From the IMG/VR virus record IMGVR_UViG_3300031999_001882, positions 32,001 to 96,000 of that record: 64,000 nt of DNA. One strand, written 5' to 3'. The translations under genes were made by a program, and so were the position numbers. The DNA is from a virus. Shown here one piece after another: positions 1 to 8,719 of this stretch; within the stretch, counting starts at the first letter, position 1, and every line of letters starts with the position of its first letter. A model generated the notes under the pieces. The model saw nothing but the letters and a program-made list of their open reading frames with translations. It made no database searches and was not told the DNA's origin.

Positions 1-87
1 CGACCCGACCCAGCCACAGTCCGTACAGCGCACGTCCACCGGACCATTGCCGCCGAAGTTGCTGTTACCGCCTGAGTATCCGCTCAT
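1..87 (-). CDS. 5' part of a hypothetical protein with CxxC motif, runs off the left edge
   Basis: ATG at 87 after GGGAGG; reads MSGYSGGNSNFGGNGPVDVRCTDCGWVG. Confidence 0.5.
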   Translation of the reverse strand, partial: MSGYSGGNSNFGGNGPVDVRCTDCGWVGS

Positions 88-91
88 TGGG

Positions 92-259
92 TTACCCTCC
101 CTTTTTGATTCGCCAGCGTGCTTCAAGCAAAAATTTCATGTCAGGGCACTCCGGGTTGTCCACCACCCGCTCCCCGGACGGCAAGACCTTAACCCGGTGC
201 TTTTGATGAATTTTGCAAGCGTACTCCTCGATTATTTCTTTATAATCCACAGTTCCCAT
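92..259 (-). CDS. Small hypothetical protein (55 aa), not in ORF track
   Basis: Hand translation MGTVDYKEIIEEYACKIHQK...WRIKKGG*; fills the gap between flanking minus-strand genes. Confidence 0.5.
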   Translation of the reverse strand: MGTVDYKEIIEEYACKIHQKHRVKVLPSGERVVDNPECPDMKFLLEARWRIKKGG

Positions 260-465
260 AGGTGACCCCATGCGTTCTGGCGCACGCCTGCCTTGACCGC
301 GATCCCGGCCCGGATCACGCTGGCCTTATACTGCCGGGCCAATGCCTCCGACTGGAATGTGTCATAAATTATCCAGTTCTCCTTGGGCTTGTCTGGCTTG
401 ACCTGATCGGTCCCTCGCGGGCCGCGACACAGGCAGGTGGCGGCATGACCCATTTCAAAGCACAT
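232..465 (-). CDS. Hypothetical protein (77 aa)
   Basis: Co-oriented ORF tightly packed in the early cluster. Confidence 0.5.
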   Translation of the reverse strand: MCFEMGHAATCLCRGPRGTDQVKPDKPKENWIIYDTFQSEALARQYKASVIRAGIAVKAGVRQNAWGHLWELWIIKK

Positions 466-466
466 A

Positions 467-634
467 TCAGGAGTGCCGATCCGACTTCATCCATTCGGAC
501 AGGATCGCCCCGGCTTCCTTGGCTTCCAGACCGAACCTGCGTTGCAGGTAGGGCCGCGCCCCGAACATATTGGTTTCGCCGCTCTCCCGCAGGTCATCCA
601 GATACTTGAAGTATTTTTCCTTGTCGTCGGCCAT
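467..634 (-). CDS. Small protein (55 aa), DUF5049-like, not in ORF track
   Basis: Hand translation MADDKEKYFKYLDDLRESGETNMFGARPYL...; AGGAG RBS; LRESG.TNMF motif. Confidence 0.65.
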   Translation of the reverse strand: MADDKEKYFKYLDDLRESGETNMFGARPYLQRRFGLEAKEAGAILSEWMKSDRHS

Positions 635-645
635 AGCACGCTCCT

Positions 646-1140
646 TTATGCAATCTCCTGTAGCAGTCTGATTTCACTCTCTGAGAAAAACTTTTCGACC
701 TTCTTCCATTCCTTCACCACGGCCTTGTAAGTTTGCTCGGCCTTGCGGCTGTCCTCCTCGTATCCGTAATCGCCGCAGAAGTCCTCGAACTTGCCGGGAT
801 CGTTCTTGGTCAGGCACGCCAGAACGTCATAGGCCGTCGGGAGCTTCGCCTTTTGCGCGTCGGCATAGCTGTTCCAGAAGAACATCGAGAGCGTCTTGAC
901 CCGGCCCTTCACAATGCGAGCGAAGGTCGCCCGGTGACGCTGACCGTGGATGTGCTTGCCGCCTTCACAGAACATCGGGCACTCGTCATCGACCTGCCGC
1001 GCCCGGAAGGTCACTTTCATGCCGCCGATGATCGTCAATGCCTGATCCTCGTAGCCCTTTGCGGCCAACAACTCAGGCAATTTCTTTTTGAAGTCGGAAC
1101 TCGCTGGCTCTGGAAACAGGTCAGTCACTTGGTTACTCAT
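646..1140 (-). CDS. Hypothetical phage protein (164 aa)
   Basis: GGAGA RBS, overlaps end of upstream gene. Confidence 0.75.
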   Translation of the reverse strand: MSNQVTDLFPEPASSDFKKKLPELLAAKGYEDQALTIIGGMKVTFRARQVDDECPMFCEGGKHIHGQRHRATFARIVKGRVKTLSMFFWNSYADAQKAKLPTAYDVLACLTKNDPGKFEDFCGDYGYEEDSRKAEQTYKAVVKEWKKVEKFFSESEIRLLQEIA

Positions 1141-2164
1141 GGAAGTCTCCTTTGGGCGGCGCTTCGATTTTGTAATCTTTCACGACGCGCCCGAACTCGA
1201 TGTTGCCACGCTCGAACGCAGACCAAAAATAAGTTCCTTTGTATTTCCCAAACAAACCATTGCCGTCGTCGTAAACTTTCCAATGGGCGCGACACAGGTG
1301 CAATGCTTTGGCTGACAGGTGATCGGAGCCTGTCACAGCTTTGAGAATTTTTTTGAACGGCTCAATCGTCAGAGTCTTATATTGAACGAGCGGAAGCTTC
1401 CCTTGCTTAGTTCGCCCTTTCTGCTCATGCGGCGGCTTAATGCCGCCATCAACCATGATGGCCTTGCGGCAATGAAGCGTCATCATTGCCAACATTGGGA
1501 TAAAAGATTGATACGTCAATATGCTGACGCTCTCGTTATCCAACTCAACGTCTCTCGGAGCATAGGCCAGCATTCCCTTGTCGCTCATTGGGTCGCCGCT
1601 ATACCTGTCATAACCAAACATCCCATTGAGTTTGCTTCCGACAACATATCCTCCTCGCTCGCTCACCCCATAAACGCACGTTCCTGAAAAGTACGTTGTG
1701 TAAATGTTGCGCGGGTCTTTTTGACCAAACAAATGAATCGCAGTCACCCAGCGAACTCCGGTTCCTTTCAAGCGCTCCGCCAAGCTCGGAATAAAGCGTG
1801 AATCGCCAGACACCACCAAAGCTCCAATGCGCGGCATATTTCCGATTGGCATTTCTATCGTCGATCCAATCAACCGCTTGGTTGTTTCCTGTAGCGATAT
1901 CAACTGACTGCCTGAATACTTTTCGGACCTTATATGAGGAGCAAAGCGCCACTCGAACCATGCCACAGGATAGATAGGAGCGATGTTTGGAAAGTCCTGC
2001 GGACACCATTCCTCTTGATCGCTCCCAAAGAAAAAATAATTGGCAATATCTTGAATCTGAAAAACAACCGCAGACTTTAAGTTCTCAGCAATGCCGAAAT
2101 CTACGCTCGACAAAGCCATGCCCGGATTGTTGCGAAGCAACTGTTTCAGATCATCTATGAACAT
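1133..2164 (-). CDS. Hypothetical phage protein (343 aa) with C-terminal HLCRAHW...GLFGK motif
   Basis: Start reassigned to MFIDDL (ATG 2164, AGGAG upstream) so it does not overlap the upstream gene. Confidence 0.7.
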   Translation of the reverse strand: MFIDDLKQLLRNNPGMALSSVDFGIAENLKSAVVFQIQDIANYFFFGSDQEEWCPQDFPNIAPIYPVAWFEWRFAPHIRSEKYSGSQLISLQETTKRLIGSTIEMPIGNMPRIGALVVSGDSRFIPSLAERLKGTGVRWVTAIHLFGQKDPRNIYTTYFSGTCVYGVSERGGYVVGSKLNGMFGYDRYSGDPMSDKGMLAYAPRDVELDNESVSILTYQSFIPMLAMMTLHCRKAIMVDGGIKPPHEQKGRTKQGKLPLVQYKTLTIEPFKKILKAVTGSDHLSAKALHLCRAHWKVYDDGNGLFGKYKGTYFWSAFERGNIEFGRVVKDYKIEAPPKGDFHE

Positions 2165-2181
2165 GAGCGTTGCTCTCTCCT

Positions 2182-2814
2182 TTAGAGGATGATGATTTCC
2201 TGCTCGTCTCTGCCGTCGAGATAAGCGAAGCAATCCTGCTTGGCTATCTGGCGATGCTTCACCTGCCCGGCGCGATCCTTCTTGTGAAATCGGTTGGCGA
2301 ACCACTCCGCCTTTTCCTTCGAGAGCGTGTAGGAAATGCCCTTGGCGTTGCGCCCTTGATGCCCCCGGTAAACGTCCAGAGTCGCCGGGAACGAGTCAAA
2401 GACCCGGCGATCCTCGGCAGACATGAACTGTTCCCGGTGCGCCCGCTTGGAGCGCAGGTAGCCTTTCCACGCCCGGAGGTTCTGCCAGATATTCTCGCTC
2501 TCGATCCAAAGGTCACCGAGAATATCCCAATAGGTTGCATCGTCCATTTCCGACTGCACAGAGGAGAATGCGTCAATGCGATAGGGCTTCTCATGGAACA
2601 CGATGAACCTTGCATAGTCCTTCGCCGCCAGAGCCACGGTCGCCGCATTGGACTTGACCTCAAATTGCTTGTTGTAGAGCGCGTTCATTTCAGGCGCATA
2701 GATGATTTCATGGACGAGCGGATGGCTAATCATCTTGCCAAGCGGCCCATCGAACATCCGAGCTTTCAACTCCGGGTGCAGGTCACAGGGCTTGCAGTTG
2801 AGAATGCCCTTCAT
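2182..2814 (-). CDS. Putative R-S-E type ADP-ribosyltransferase-fold protein (210 aa)
   Basis: Start at MKGILN (ATGA overlap at 2811-2814); motifs VYRG, ISYTL, DEQEII in canonical R, S, ExE order. Confidence 0.6.
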   Translation of the reverse strand: MKGILNCKPCDLHPELKARMFDGPLGKMISHPLVHEIIYAPEMNALYNKQFEVKSNAATVALAAKDYARFIVFHEKPYRIDAFSSVQSEMDDATYWDILGDLWIESENIWQNLRAWKGYLRSKRAHREQFMSAEDRRVFDSFPATLDVYRGHQGRNAKGISYTLSKEKAEWFANRFHKKDRAGQVKHRQIAKQDCFAYLDGRDEQEIIIL

Positions 2815-3080
2815 TGCCGAGTCCGCCCTGCGCCCCAAAACTCCTCGCCCTTGCGAACGCCGACCACCACCGTGCCGACGAGCCACGGGAACTCCTTGTT
2901 GACCGGGAGCTTGTTGAGCAACCCTTCCTCGTTGACGCAGAGCGTGAACTCGCCCCACCGGACCATTTCGATGTAGCCGCCGACCCATGCCTGTAACTTC
3001 TCAAGCCCGGCAGGGCCTTTCGTCGATTCGATCCGCTTCTTCCCGTCGGCGGAGTGGATGATGTATTGGTGGATGGTCAT
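2811..3080 (-). CDS. DUF3846-like protein
   Basis: LQAWVGGYIE and VNEEG..LP.N motifs. Confidence 0.75.
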   Translation of the reverse strand: MTIHQYIIHSADGKKRIESTKGPAGLEKLQAWVGGYIEMVRWGEFTLCVNEEGLLNKLPVNKEFPWLVGTVVVGVRKGEEFWGAGRTRQ

Positions 3081-3093
3081 TGCGCGGCCCCCT

Positions 3094-3618
3094 TTATCGA
3101 ACGTGCTTCCATGATTTGCCGTGATGAATGTTTAGAACTGTCACCTCGCTGACTCCGTATTCAAGACCGATATTTTTTGCTGAAATGCCTTCCGATGGAT
3201 AGCGTTTTCGTATTTCCTTCACTTGCTCGTCAGAAAGCTTTGCCAATGGTCGATGCTCACCTCTTGAAATCCGTTCCGGGTGCAAAACTAATCCATGCCG
3301 TTTACCCGTTGCCGCACGACCGTGCACAGACATATCGCGCTGATTTTGTTTGTGAGTGTCAGCATACAAGTGACTTGGCCGCACGCAAGGCGGGTTGTCG
3401 CACCGATGACAAATCTCTTTCCCGGTAGGAAGCCGACCACCGTGAGTCAGCATATAGGAAACACGATGAGCGTCCATAACTGCGGGTTGATGCTTTCGCC
3501 CCATGCCAAATCGTCCGTAGCCGCGACGATCACGGCAAGCCATCCAAAGCCAACAGCCATTGGATTTCTTGACCTTCTCCCAAAAACGCTCTGACAATTT
3601 TCTTGGTTTTAGTCCCAT
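3094..3618 (-). CDS. HNH endonuclease with C-terminal HTH
   Basis: CWLW, AHRVSY, CHRCDNPPCVRPSHL, AKL...V..IR helix-turn-helix. Confidence 0.9.
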   Translation of the reverse strand: MGLKPRKLSERFWEKVKKSNGCWLWMACRDRRGYGRFGMGRKHQPAVMDAHRVSYMLTHGGRLPTGKEICHRCDNPPCVRPSHLYADTHKQNQRDMSVHGRAATGKRHGLVLHPERISRGEHRPLAKLSDEQVKEIRKRYPSEGISAKNIGLEYGVSEVTVLNIHHGKSWKHVR

Positions 3619-3633
3619 TTTAAGCTCCCATCC

Positions 3634-3654
3634 CTGCCCGTCAAAGACGGGCAG
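3634..3654. other. Perfect 9-bp stem hairpin CTGCCCGTC-AAA-GACGGGCAG
   Basis: Intergenic between DUF932 gene and HNH gene; no U-tract. Confidence 0.55.
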
Positions 3655-3667
3655 AGGGGAAGCTCGA

Positions 3668-4831
3668 CTAGAACGCTATCGTCAATACTTTGGAAGCCGC
3701 TCGGTCAATCGCCGTGCGTTCATCCGTAAACGTGCTCTGCTGACTAACTCTCGTCATCCCTTGGACAAGGCCCCATGCTGTGTTTGGAGCGCCATCAACA
3801 TCAACATTCTTCTCGGCCTCGTCATAGGACTGCTCAAGCAACTTGCGCGACGCGACTCTCATGCCGAACAATTTATCTAAGACCTCATCTTTCGTCGCGG
3901 CGATTTGATACCGCCGCGCCGAAGCGATTTGAGCTTCCAAATCACTCGCGGACGAATCAGCGTACCGCTTAACCTCAACAGCTAATTGCATCCATGCTTT
4001 TTCGCTGGCCGATCCGATGTGACGGATACGAATTTCATTCACATTTTTGGCTCCCCATAAAATGTGATTTCCGCACACCGACCGATACAGGAATGACGTG
4101 ATTGCTAGAGAACAATCGCCAACTTCTGAGTTTTCGACAAAGAACCCGCGAGACAGTCCTTCATCGGTTCCGTCATTGATTCGAGCGCTCTCGTTTATGA
4201 GAAACGCGAAACAATCTTTGTCGCTCGCGTACAGCCCGGCAGGAGCGATCAGATCGCCAACCTTGATTGACAGCGACGGATGCCCGGAAGCGTTCAGCAC
4301 GTCCGCCTCAGTCGCCGGGCGAGTGCCGGGCTGATTCGGGAATGCGGGCCGCGCCGGGGGTGTCCGCCACCCTTTCGGCTCCAAGTCCATCAGACGGCGC
4401 ACGATTTCGTGATTCCAAATGCGCTGATACTTCGGAGAGGTAATCGCCCGGAGTAGCAGGTCACCGTTTTGATGGAACATCAGCGAGGCAACGTCGCTCG
4501 CGTTTTCCTTATTGCTTCGTTCCTTGAGGCCGTAGTTGAGGTTCTGGACGGCGAGTGTGGCGGGTAGCTGACGAAGATAATCGGCAGGAGCGCCGATCAA
4601 CCGGGACATTTGCCCGAACGCCCAATGGGTGAGCCGGGCGAACTTCCCGGCCTTCCCTGTGAGCTGAACTTCCTGATCCACCGTTTCCACGCGAAGCTCG
4701 GAATACGGCACTTTTGAGGTCACCGCCGAGTCCGCATATTTCTTGCAGACCTGATACATTTCCTGCAACGACGAAAAGCGCTCGTCTGCTGGGCGAGTGC
4801 TCCATTGAGCTGAGGCTTTGAACAGTTCCAT
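3668..4831 (-). CDS. DUF932/DUF945-family protein
   Basis: LRAITS..Y.RI.N, F...NSEVG..S, R.VC.N, I.HIG, TAWGLVQG.T motifs; AAGGAG RBS. Confidence 0.75.
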   Translation of the reverse strand: MELFKASAQWSTRPADERFSSLQEMYQVCKKYADSAVTSKVPYSELRVETVDQEVQLTGKAGKFARLTHWAFGQMSRLIGAPADYLRQLPATLAVQNLNYGLKERSNKENASDVASLMFHQNGDLLLRAITSPKYQRIWNHEIVRRLMDLEPKGWRTPPARPAFPNQPGTRPATEADVLNASGHPSLSIKVGDLIAPAGLYASDKDCFAFLINESARINDGTDEGLSRGFFVENSEVGDCSLAITSFLYRSVCGNHILWGAKNVNEIRIRHIGSASEKAWMQLAVEVKRYADSSASDLEAQIASARRYQIAATKDEVLDKLFGMRVASRKLLEQSYDEAEKNVDVDGAPNTAWGLVQGMTRVSQQSTFTDERTAIDRAASKVLTIAF

Positions 4832-4894
4832 GATTTGCTCCTTTTAAGGTCCAACTGTGGGAAGTGCCCCGACCGTGGACCGATTTTGTCCTAC

Positions 4895-4933
4895 ATCTAA
4901 GGATACGTTTTGGTAGCCAAAGTGCGAACAACA
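4895..4933 (-). promoter_or_regulatory. Putative phage early promoter, copy 1 (TTCGCA-N17-TATCCT)
   Basis: 37/39 identical to 6907-6945; intergenic, upstream of DUF932 gene. Confidence 0.75.
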
Positions 4934-4966
4934 AAAACGAACCTATTTATAGAGGTGTTTTTAATG

Positions 4967-5572
4967 TCAGAAAAGACGCTTGGTGCTGTCAGCTACGCCA
5001 AGGGCAAAATTGACGATGGCTTCCGACTCGCCGCGCCGGGCAAGGAGCGCGAGCCGTTGATAGGTGGCAACGAGCGCCGCCCGCATGATGGTGTTGTCTG
5101 GCAAGGATGGGCGCTTAGCAAAGAGCGGATCGAGCCATGTCTGCAACCCCTTGTTGACGTGGATCGGCTCACCAACCTTGCGTTGGCCGTTCTTCTGAAT
5201 TATCTCGTAGGTGACCGCCCTGCGGCCTTCCGCGCCCCACGCGCAGATCAAAGCGCACTCTTGACGGTTCGGTTGACTGGCGGCGTGAGTTGCCATGCCA
5301 GACTCAAAATCGGTGGTTGAAACGTCAGCCGTCCAGATTTCGGTGACCGTATCCACCCCGGTGATTTCGTCCATCGCCAGACCTGCAAGAATCATGTCGT
5401 GCGAGAACATTCTGAGCGCCATGTTTACCCGGTCATTGGCCCCTTGAAGCGGCAGGGCGATGCAATAGTTATCCCCATAGATGAACACCGCCGGGATCAT
5501 GTCATGCCCGGCGTGAATGATTCGTTTAGCGTGTTGAAGCCCTTGATGGAAAATTTCTTTGGTTGGTTTCAC
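4967..5572 (-). CDS. Hypothetical protein (201 aa)
   Basis: GTG start with GGAGAAG RBS, co-oriented in the cluster. Confidence 0.7.
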   Translation of the reverse strand: MKPTKEIFHQGLQHAKRIIHAGHDMIPAVFIYGDNYCIALPLQGANDRVNMALRMFSHDMILAGLAMDEITGVDTVTEIWTADVSTTDFESGMATHAASQPNRQECALICAWGAEGRRAVTYEIIQKNGQRKVGEPIHVNKGLQTWLDPLFAKRPSLPDNTIMRAALVATYQRLALLARRGESEAIVNFALGVADSTKRLF

Positions 5573-5581
5573 AGCTTCTCC

Positions 5582-6259
5582 CTACTCTATATGATTGCTG
5601 TTTATAACCTCGGATGGCAATTCCGCCCGCGCCACCCGGACTGCCATCGCTCGCTCGCGTGCTCCTAGCGACCGCCGGGCACTCTTGAGTAGCGTCTGGA
5701 ACCGCTTGATCCGGCTTTCGAGCCGCTTAATCCTGAGCCGGGCCTGTTCGATCTTGTGCTCCGGGGATTGCCGCCGGGCCTTGGCCTGTTCCTGTCGCTC
5801 GAACTTCTTGCGGCCTCGCTCAAAGTCCTTGTGCATCTTGGCCTTGGTCGCTATAACCTCGGCCTCTGCCTCGGCCATCGCCTTCTCAATGTGCATCTGC
5901 CGGGACTCGACGTAGACCTTGATGACCGCCCGTTTGAAGGTGAACTCATGCCCGTTCTTCCACGGTCGCCCGGCGTTCTTCTCGGCATATTGAAAGATGT
6001 TGAAGTTCACCAAATGCGCGATTTCATGGTAGATGATGCCGAGCGGACAGTTATCGTGTGAGAATGGAAGCTGTATCGAACTGCCGCCCCACGCCCTGCC
6101 GCCGCCGTTACGCCTGTTCTGATAGACGTTCAAGTGTCTGATCCCGAACTTCCGAGCAAGCGCCTTCGCCAGAGGCACGCGAAGCTCCGAGCGAATAAGT
6201 GTTTTCTGCTCCTCTGGAAACTTATCCCATTCCCATTGGTAAACTTTGAGTCGAGCCAT
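5582..6259 (-). CDS. SprT-like HExxH zinc metallopeptidase with basic coiled-coil tail
   Basis: HEIAH followed by NGH...F third-ligand motif. Confidence 0.6.
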   Translation of the reverse strand: MARLKVYQWEWDKFPEEQKTLIRSELRVPLAKALARKFGIRHLNVYQNRRNGGGRAWGGSSIQLPFSHDNCPLGIIYHEIAHLVNFNIFQYAEKNAGRPWKNGHEFTFKRAVIKVYVESRQMHIEKAMAEAEAEVIATKAKMHKDFERGRKKFERQEQAKARRQSPEHKIEQARLRIKRLESRIKRFQTLLKSARRSLGARERAMAVRVARAELPSEVINSNHIE

Positions 6260-6270
6260 GTCGCACCCCC

Positions 6271-6660
6271 TTAGACCTGATCCATTCCAGAGGCTTGAAT
6301 CTCATCTTCCATCGTGACCGTCCATTCCTTGTTGCACTTGCCACAGCGCACCGTCACATCGAGCGTCGCGCCGTAGAACGTCTTGGTTCCGCGCCCCTTG
6401 CCTTCGATCCGCACCGACCGCTCGGACCCGGCTTCCTCGGCCTCAAGCTCCCGGTCCTCTGGTTTGCAGGAACAGGGTATGGTGTCGGCCTCGCCGTCCA
6501 TGCTCAAGGTCGCTTCGGTCAGGTCCGTGCCGCACTCCGCACAGGCATTGACGATCCGAACCTCGGCATTAACATGGCCTTCGTCATCGACTTCGACAGA
6601 CTCTACTTCGGGTTCGTTCTCCTCGTTGCCGACAAACTTATTGCAGTCCGGGCATCGCAT
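6271..6660 (-). CDS. Acidic zinc-ribbon protein (129 aa)
   Basis: CPDC, CAEC, CSC, CGKC; about 30 Asp/Glu; AAGGAG RBS. Confidence 0.7.
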   Translation of the reverse strand: MRCPDCNKFVGNEENEPEVESVEVDDEGHVNAEVRIVNACAECGTDLTEATLSMDGEADTIPCSCKPEDRELEAEEAGSERSVRIEGKGRGTKTFYGATLDVTVRCGKCNKEWTVTMEDEIQASGMDQV

Positions 6661-6675
6661 GGTTATCGCTCCTTA

Positions 6676-6870
6676 TTAAGTTTTTCGCCGTCTCTCGAAA
6701 AACAGACTGGCGATGCAGTTCGTCGCCGTCATAAATTCCCTCTGCGCTTTGATCGCGTCCCTCATTGCCTTTTTCAAGTCGCCCTTCTCGCATTCATCCT
6801 CGGCTTGAGCCAAAATCATCTTGGCAAGCTTCTGAGACGCGAGATAGGTGCTGAAACGATTGATTGCCAT
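6676..6870 (-). CDS. Small helical hypothetical protein (64 aa), first gene of the leftward unit
   Basis: AAGGAG RBS; directly downstream of promoter copy 2. Confidence 0.7.
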   Translation of the reverse strand: MAINRFSTYLASQKLAKMILAQAEDECEKGDLKKAMRDAIKAQREFMTATNCIASLFFERRRKT

Positions 6871-6906
6871 TGGTTCTCCTTTCCGTAATTGGACGCATTA
6901 CTCCTT

Positions 6907-6945
6907 ATCTAAGGATACGTTTTGATCGCCAAAGTGCGAACAACA
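6907..6945 (-). promoter_or_regulatory. Putative phage early promoter, copy 2 (TTCGCA-N17-TATCCT)
   Basis: 37/39 identical to 4895-4933; in the divergent intergenic region. Confidence 0.75.
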
Positions 6946-6992
6946 TTTCATATCTACAAATCATAATGTTTTTAACACGCTATCTTAACAGG

Positions 6993-7021
6993 TTGTCAAA
7001 TCTGAAAAAAGAATATACCAT
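6993..7021 (+). promoter_or_regulatory. Sigma70-like promoter TTGTCA-N17-TACCAT for the helicase unit
   Basis: Near-consensus hexamers, 17-nt spacer, upstream of AAGGAG RBS and TTG start at 7046. Confidence 0.6.
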
Positions 7022-7045
7022 GATTCACCCCCGAAGGAGCCAAGC

Positions 7046-8719
7046 TTGATTGCTGAACTGTCGCCAAACGATGACTGGTCATTTCATATCCGCTTCGCCT
7101 ATAACCCTGCCATTGTTGATGCCATGCGCGGCACGCCCGGCTGTTCATGGTCCAAAGTTTCTCGGAGTTGGATCGGGCGCTACATTTACCACGACATGAC
7201 CGTAGCGATGCTCAAAAAAAAAGAATTGGAGATTGTCGAGAAGCCCGGCGTACAAACCGGACTCCAAGCATTCAAAGAACGCGAGCAAGAGCTGGAAAAC
7301 GCCAAGAAGCTGGACGGTAGCACCTGCATGGCGCTGACCAATGTCCCGCTCGACCCGCATCAAGCCGTCGGCTCCGCTTTTTTGATCGTCGGAGAGCGAG
7401 TGCTTCTAGCCGATGCCGTAGGTCTGCAAAAAACTGCGACCGCGATCAACGCCTGTCTTGTCCTCAAAAAACTCCGAAGCATCCGCAAAGTCCTGTACGT
7501 CACCCTTAAATCCTGCGTCTGGCAGGTACGCGATGAGATTCACCGATTCTCTAACGAGAGCGCAATGGTCATGGATGGCGTGCGCGATGAGCGCGAACAC
7601 ATTTTTGAGCGGTGGATGAGCGGCCCGGATATGTTCTTGGTCGTCAACTACGAGGCAATCTTCCATTATCAAGAGTGTTTCAACCGGGCCATGCCGGATG
7701 TCATCATCGCCGACGAAGTTTCGCGCACGAAGTCGTGGTCATCTCAGACCGCCAAAGGACTCCGCAAGGTAAAGTCCCGATATTTCTGGGCGATGGGAGC
7801 TACGCCGCTTGAAAACAATTTTGACGAGGTGTTCAACATCCTGCGGATCGTCAACCCGGAACTGCTCGGCAATCTCACCAATTTCAAAAACTACTACGCG
7901 AAGATCGGCTATTGGGGAGAGATTCGCGGCTGGCACGCTGAGCGAATCAAAGATTTTATTCAGCGCATTCAACCCTATATCTTCAAAAGGACAAACCAAG
8001 ACATCGGACGAGAAGAACCAAAAACTGAGATCAAGCATCATTGGCTTGAAATGTCAGAGGAACAAAAAAGAGTCTATAACGATCTCAAGACTCAATCAAA
8101 ACAAAAAATATCCGTCGGAGGGTTGTCATATAGCATGGCAATCACCGTGTTGATGAAGCTCCGCGAAACGTGCGACTTCGCTGATCTTGGCGATGATACA
8201 GCTTCCGGGGCCAGCGTCAAGCTTGATGAGCTGGTTAAGATCGTGAGAGAAGCGCCAGAGGACGACCGAGTAATTATTTTTACTCAATGGGAACGCGCCG
8301 CCGAGAGAATCCGCGACCGTCTGAGTCGAGAAAATATCTCTCACGTTGTTGTCTCAGGAAAGATCAAAGGACAAAAGCGCAAAGCCGTCGTCCATGATTT
8401 TCAGACCCTCCCAATTCGCGCACTCGTAGCCACCGATTGTCTGAGCTATGGAATGAATTTACAGGCCGCTAACCGAATGATCCTGTTTGAACCTGTTTAC
8501 ACCGCCTCAAGAACGAACCAGAGAGTTGGCCGGATTCGCCGCCACGGTCAAACTAGACCCATCACGATTCACAATCTTCTTTGCAAAAATACCGTCGAAG
8601 AAAAAATAATTCAGATTCTTGCTCGAAAGCAGGGATATGCCAATTTGCTTTTTGATCCTCTTGGAAAAAACGTCAAGCTCACTATGGACAACTTGAAGTC
8701 CATCATTCTCGGTGCGTAG
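7046..8719 (+). CDS. SNF2-family helicase/translocase with N-terminal HARP-like domain
   Basis: LADAVGLQKT (I), IIADEV (II), ATPLEN (III), IIFTQW, GMNLQAAN (V), QRVGRIRRHGQ (VI); N-terminal FAYN...PG..W...SW. Confidence 0.88.
   Translation: MIAELSPNDDWSFHIRFAYNPAIVDAMRGTPGCSWSKVSRSWIGRYIYHDMTVAMLKKKELEIVEKPGVQTGLQAFKEREQELENAKKLDGSTCMALTNVPLDPHQAVGSAFLIVGERVLLADAVGLQKTATAINACLVLKKLRSIRKVLYVTLKSCVWQVRDEIHRFSNESAMVMDGVRDEREHIFERWMSGPDMFLVVNYEAIFHYQECFNRAMPDVIIADEVSRTKSWSSQTAKGLRKVKSRYFWAMGATPLENNFDEVFNILRIVNPELLGNLTNFKNYYAKIGYWGEIRGWHAERIKDFIQRIQPYIFKRTNQDIGREEPKTEIKHHWLEMSEEQKRVYNDLKTQSKQKISVGGLSYSMAITVLMKLRETCDFADLGDDTASGASVKLDELVKIVREAPEDDRVIIFTQWERAAERIRDRLSRENISHVVVSGKIKGQKRKAVVHDFQTLPIRALVATDCLSYGMNLQAANRMILFEPVYTASRTNQRVGRIRRHGQTRPITIHNLLCKNTVEEKIIQILARKQGYANLLFDPLGKNVKLTMDNLKSIILGA

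Noticed and set aside
4944-4951. T4-type late promoter TATAAATA on the minus strand
   Set aside because: Lies in the early region just upstream of a -35 box and was not seen before late genes; more likely an AT-rich UP element
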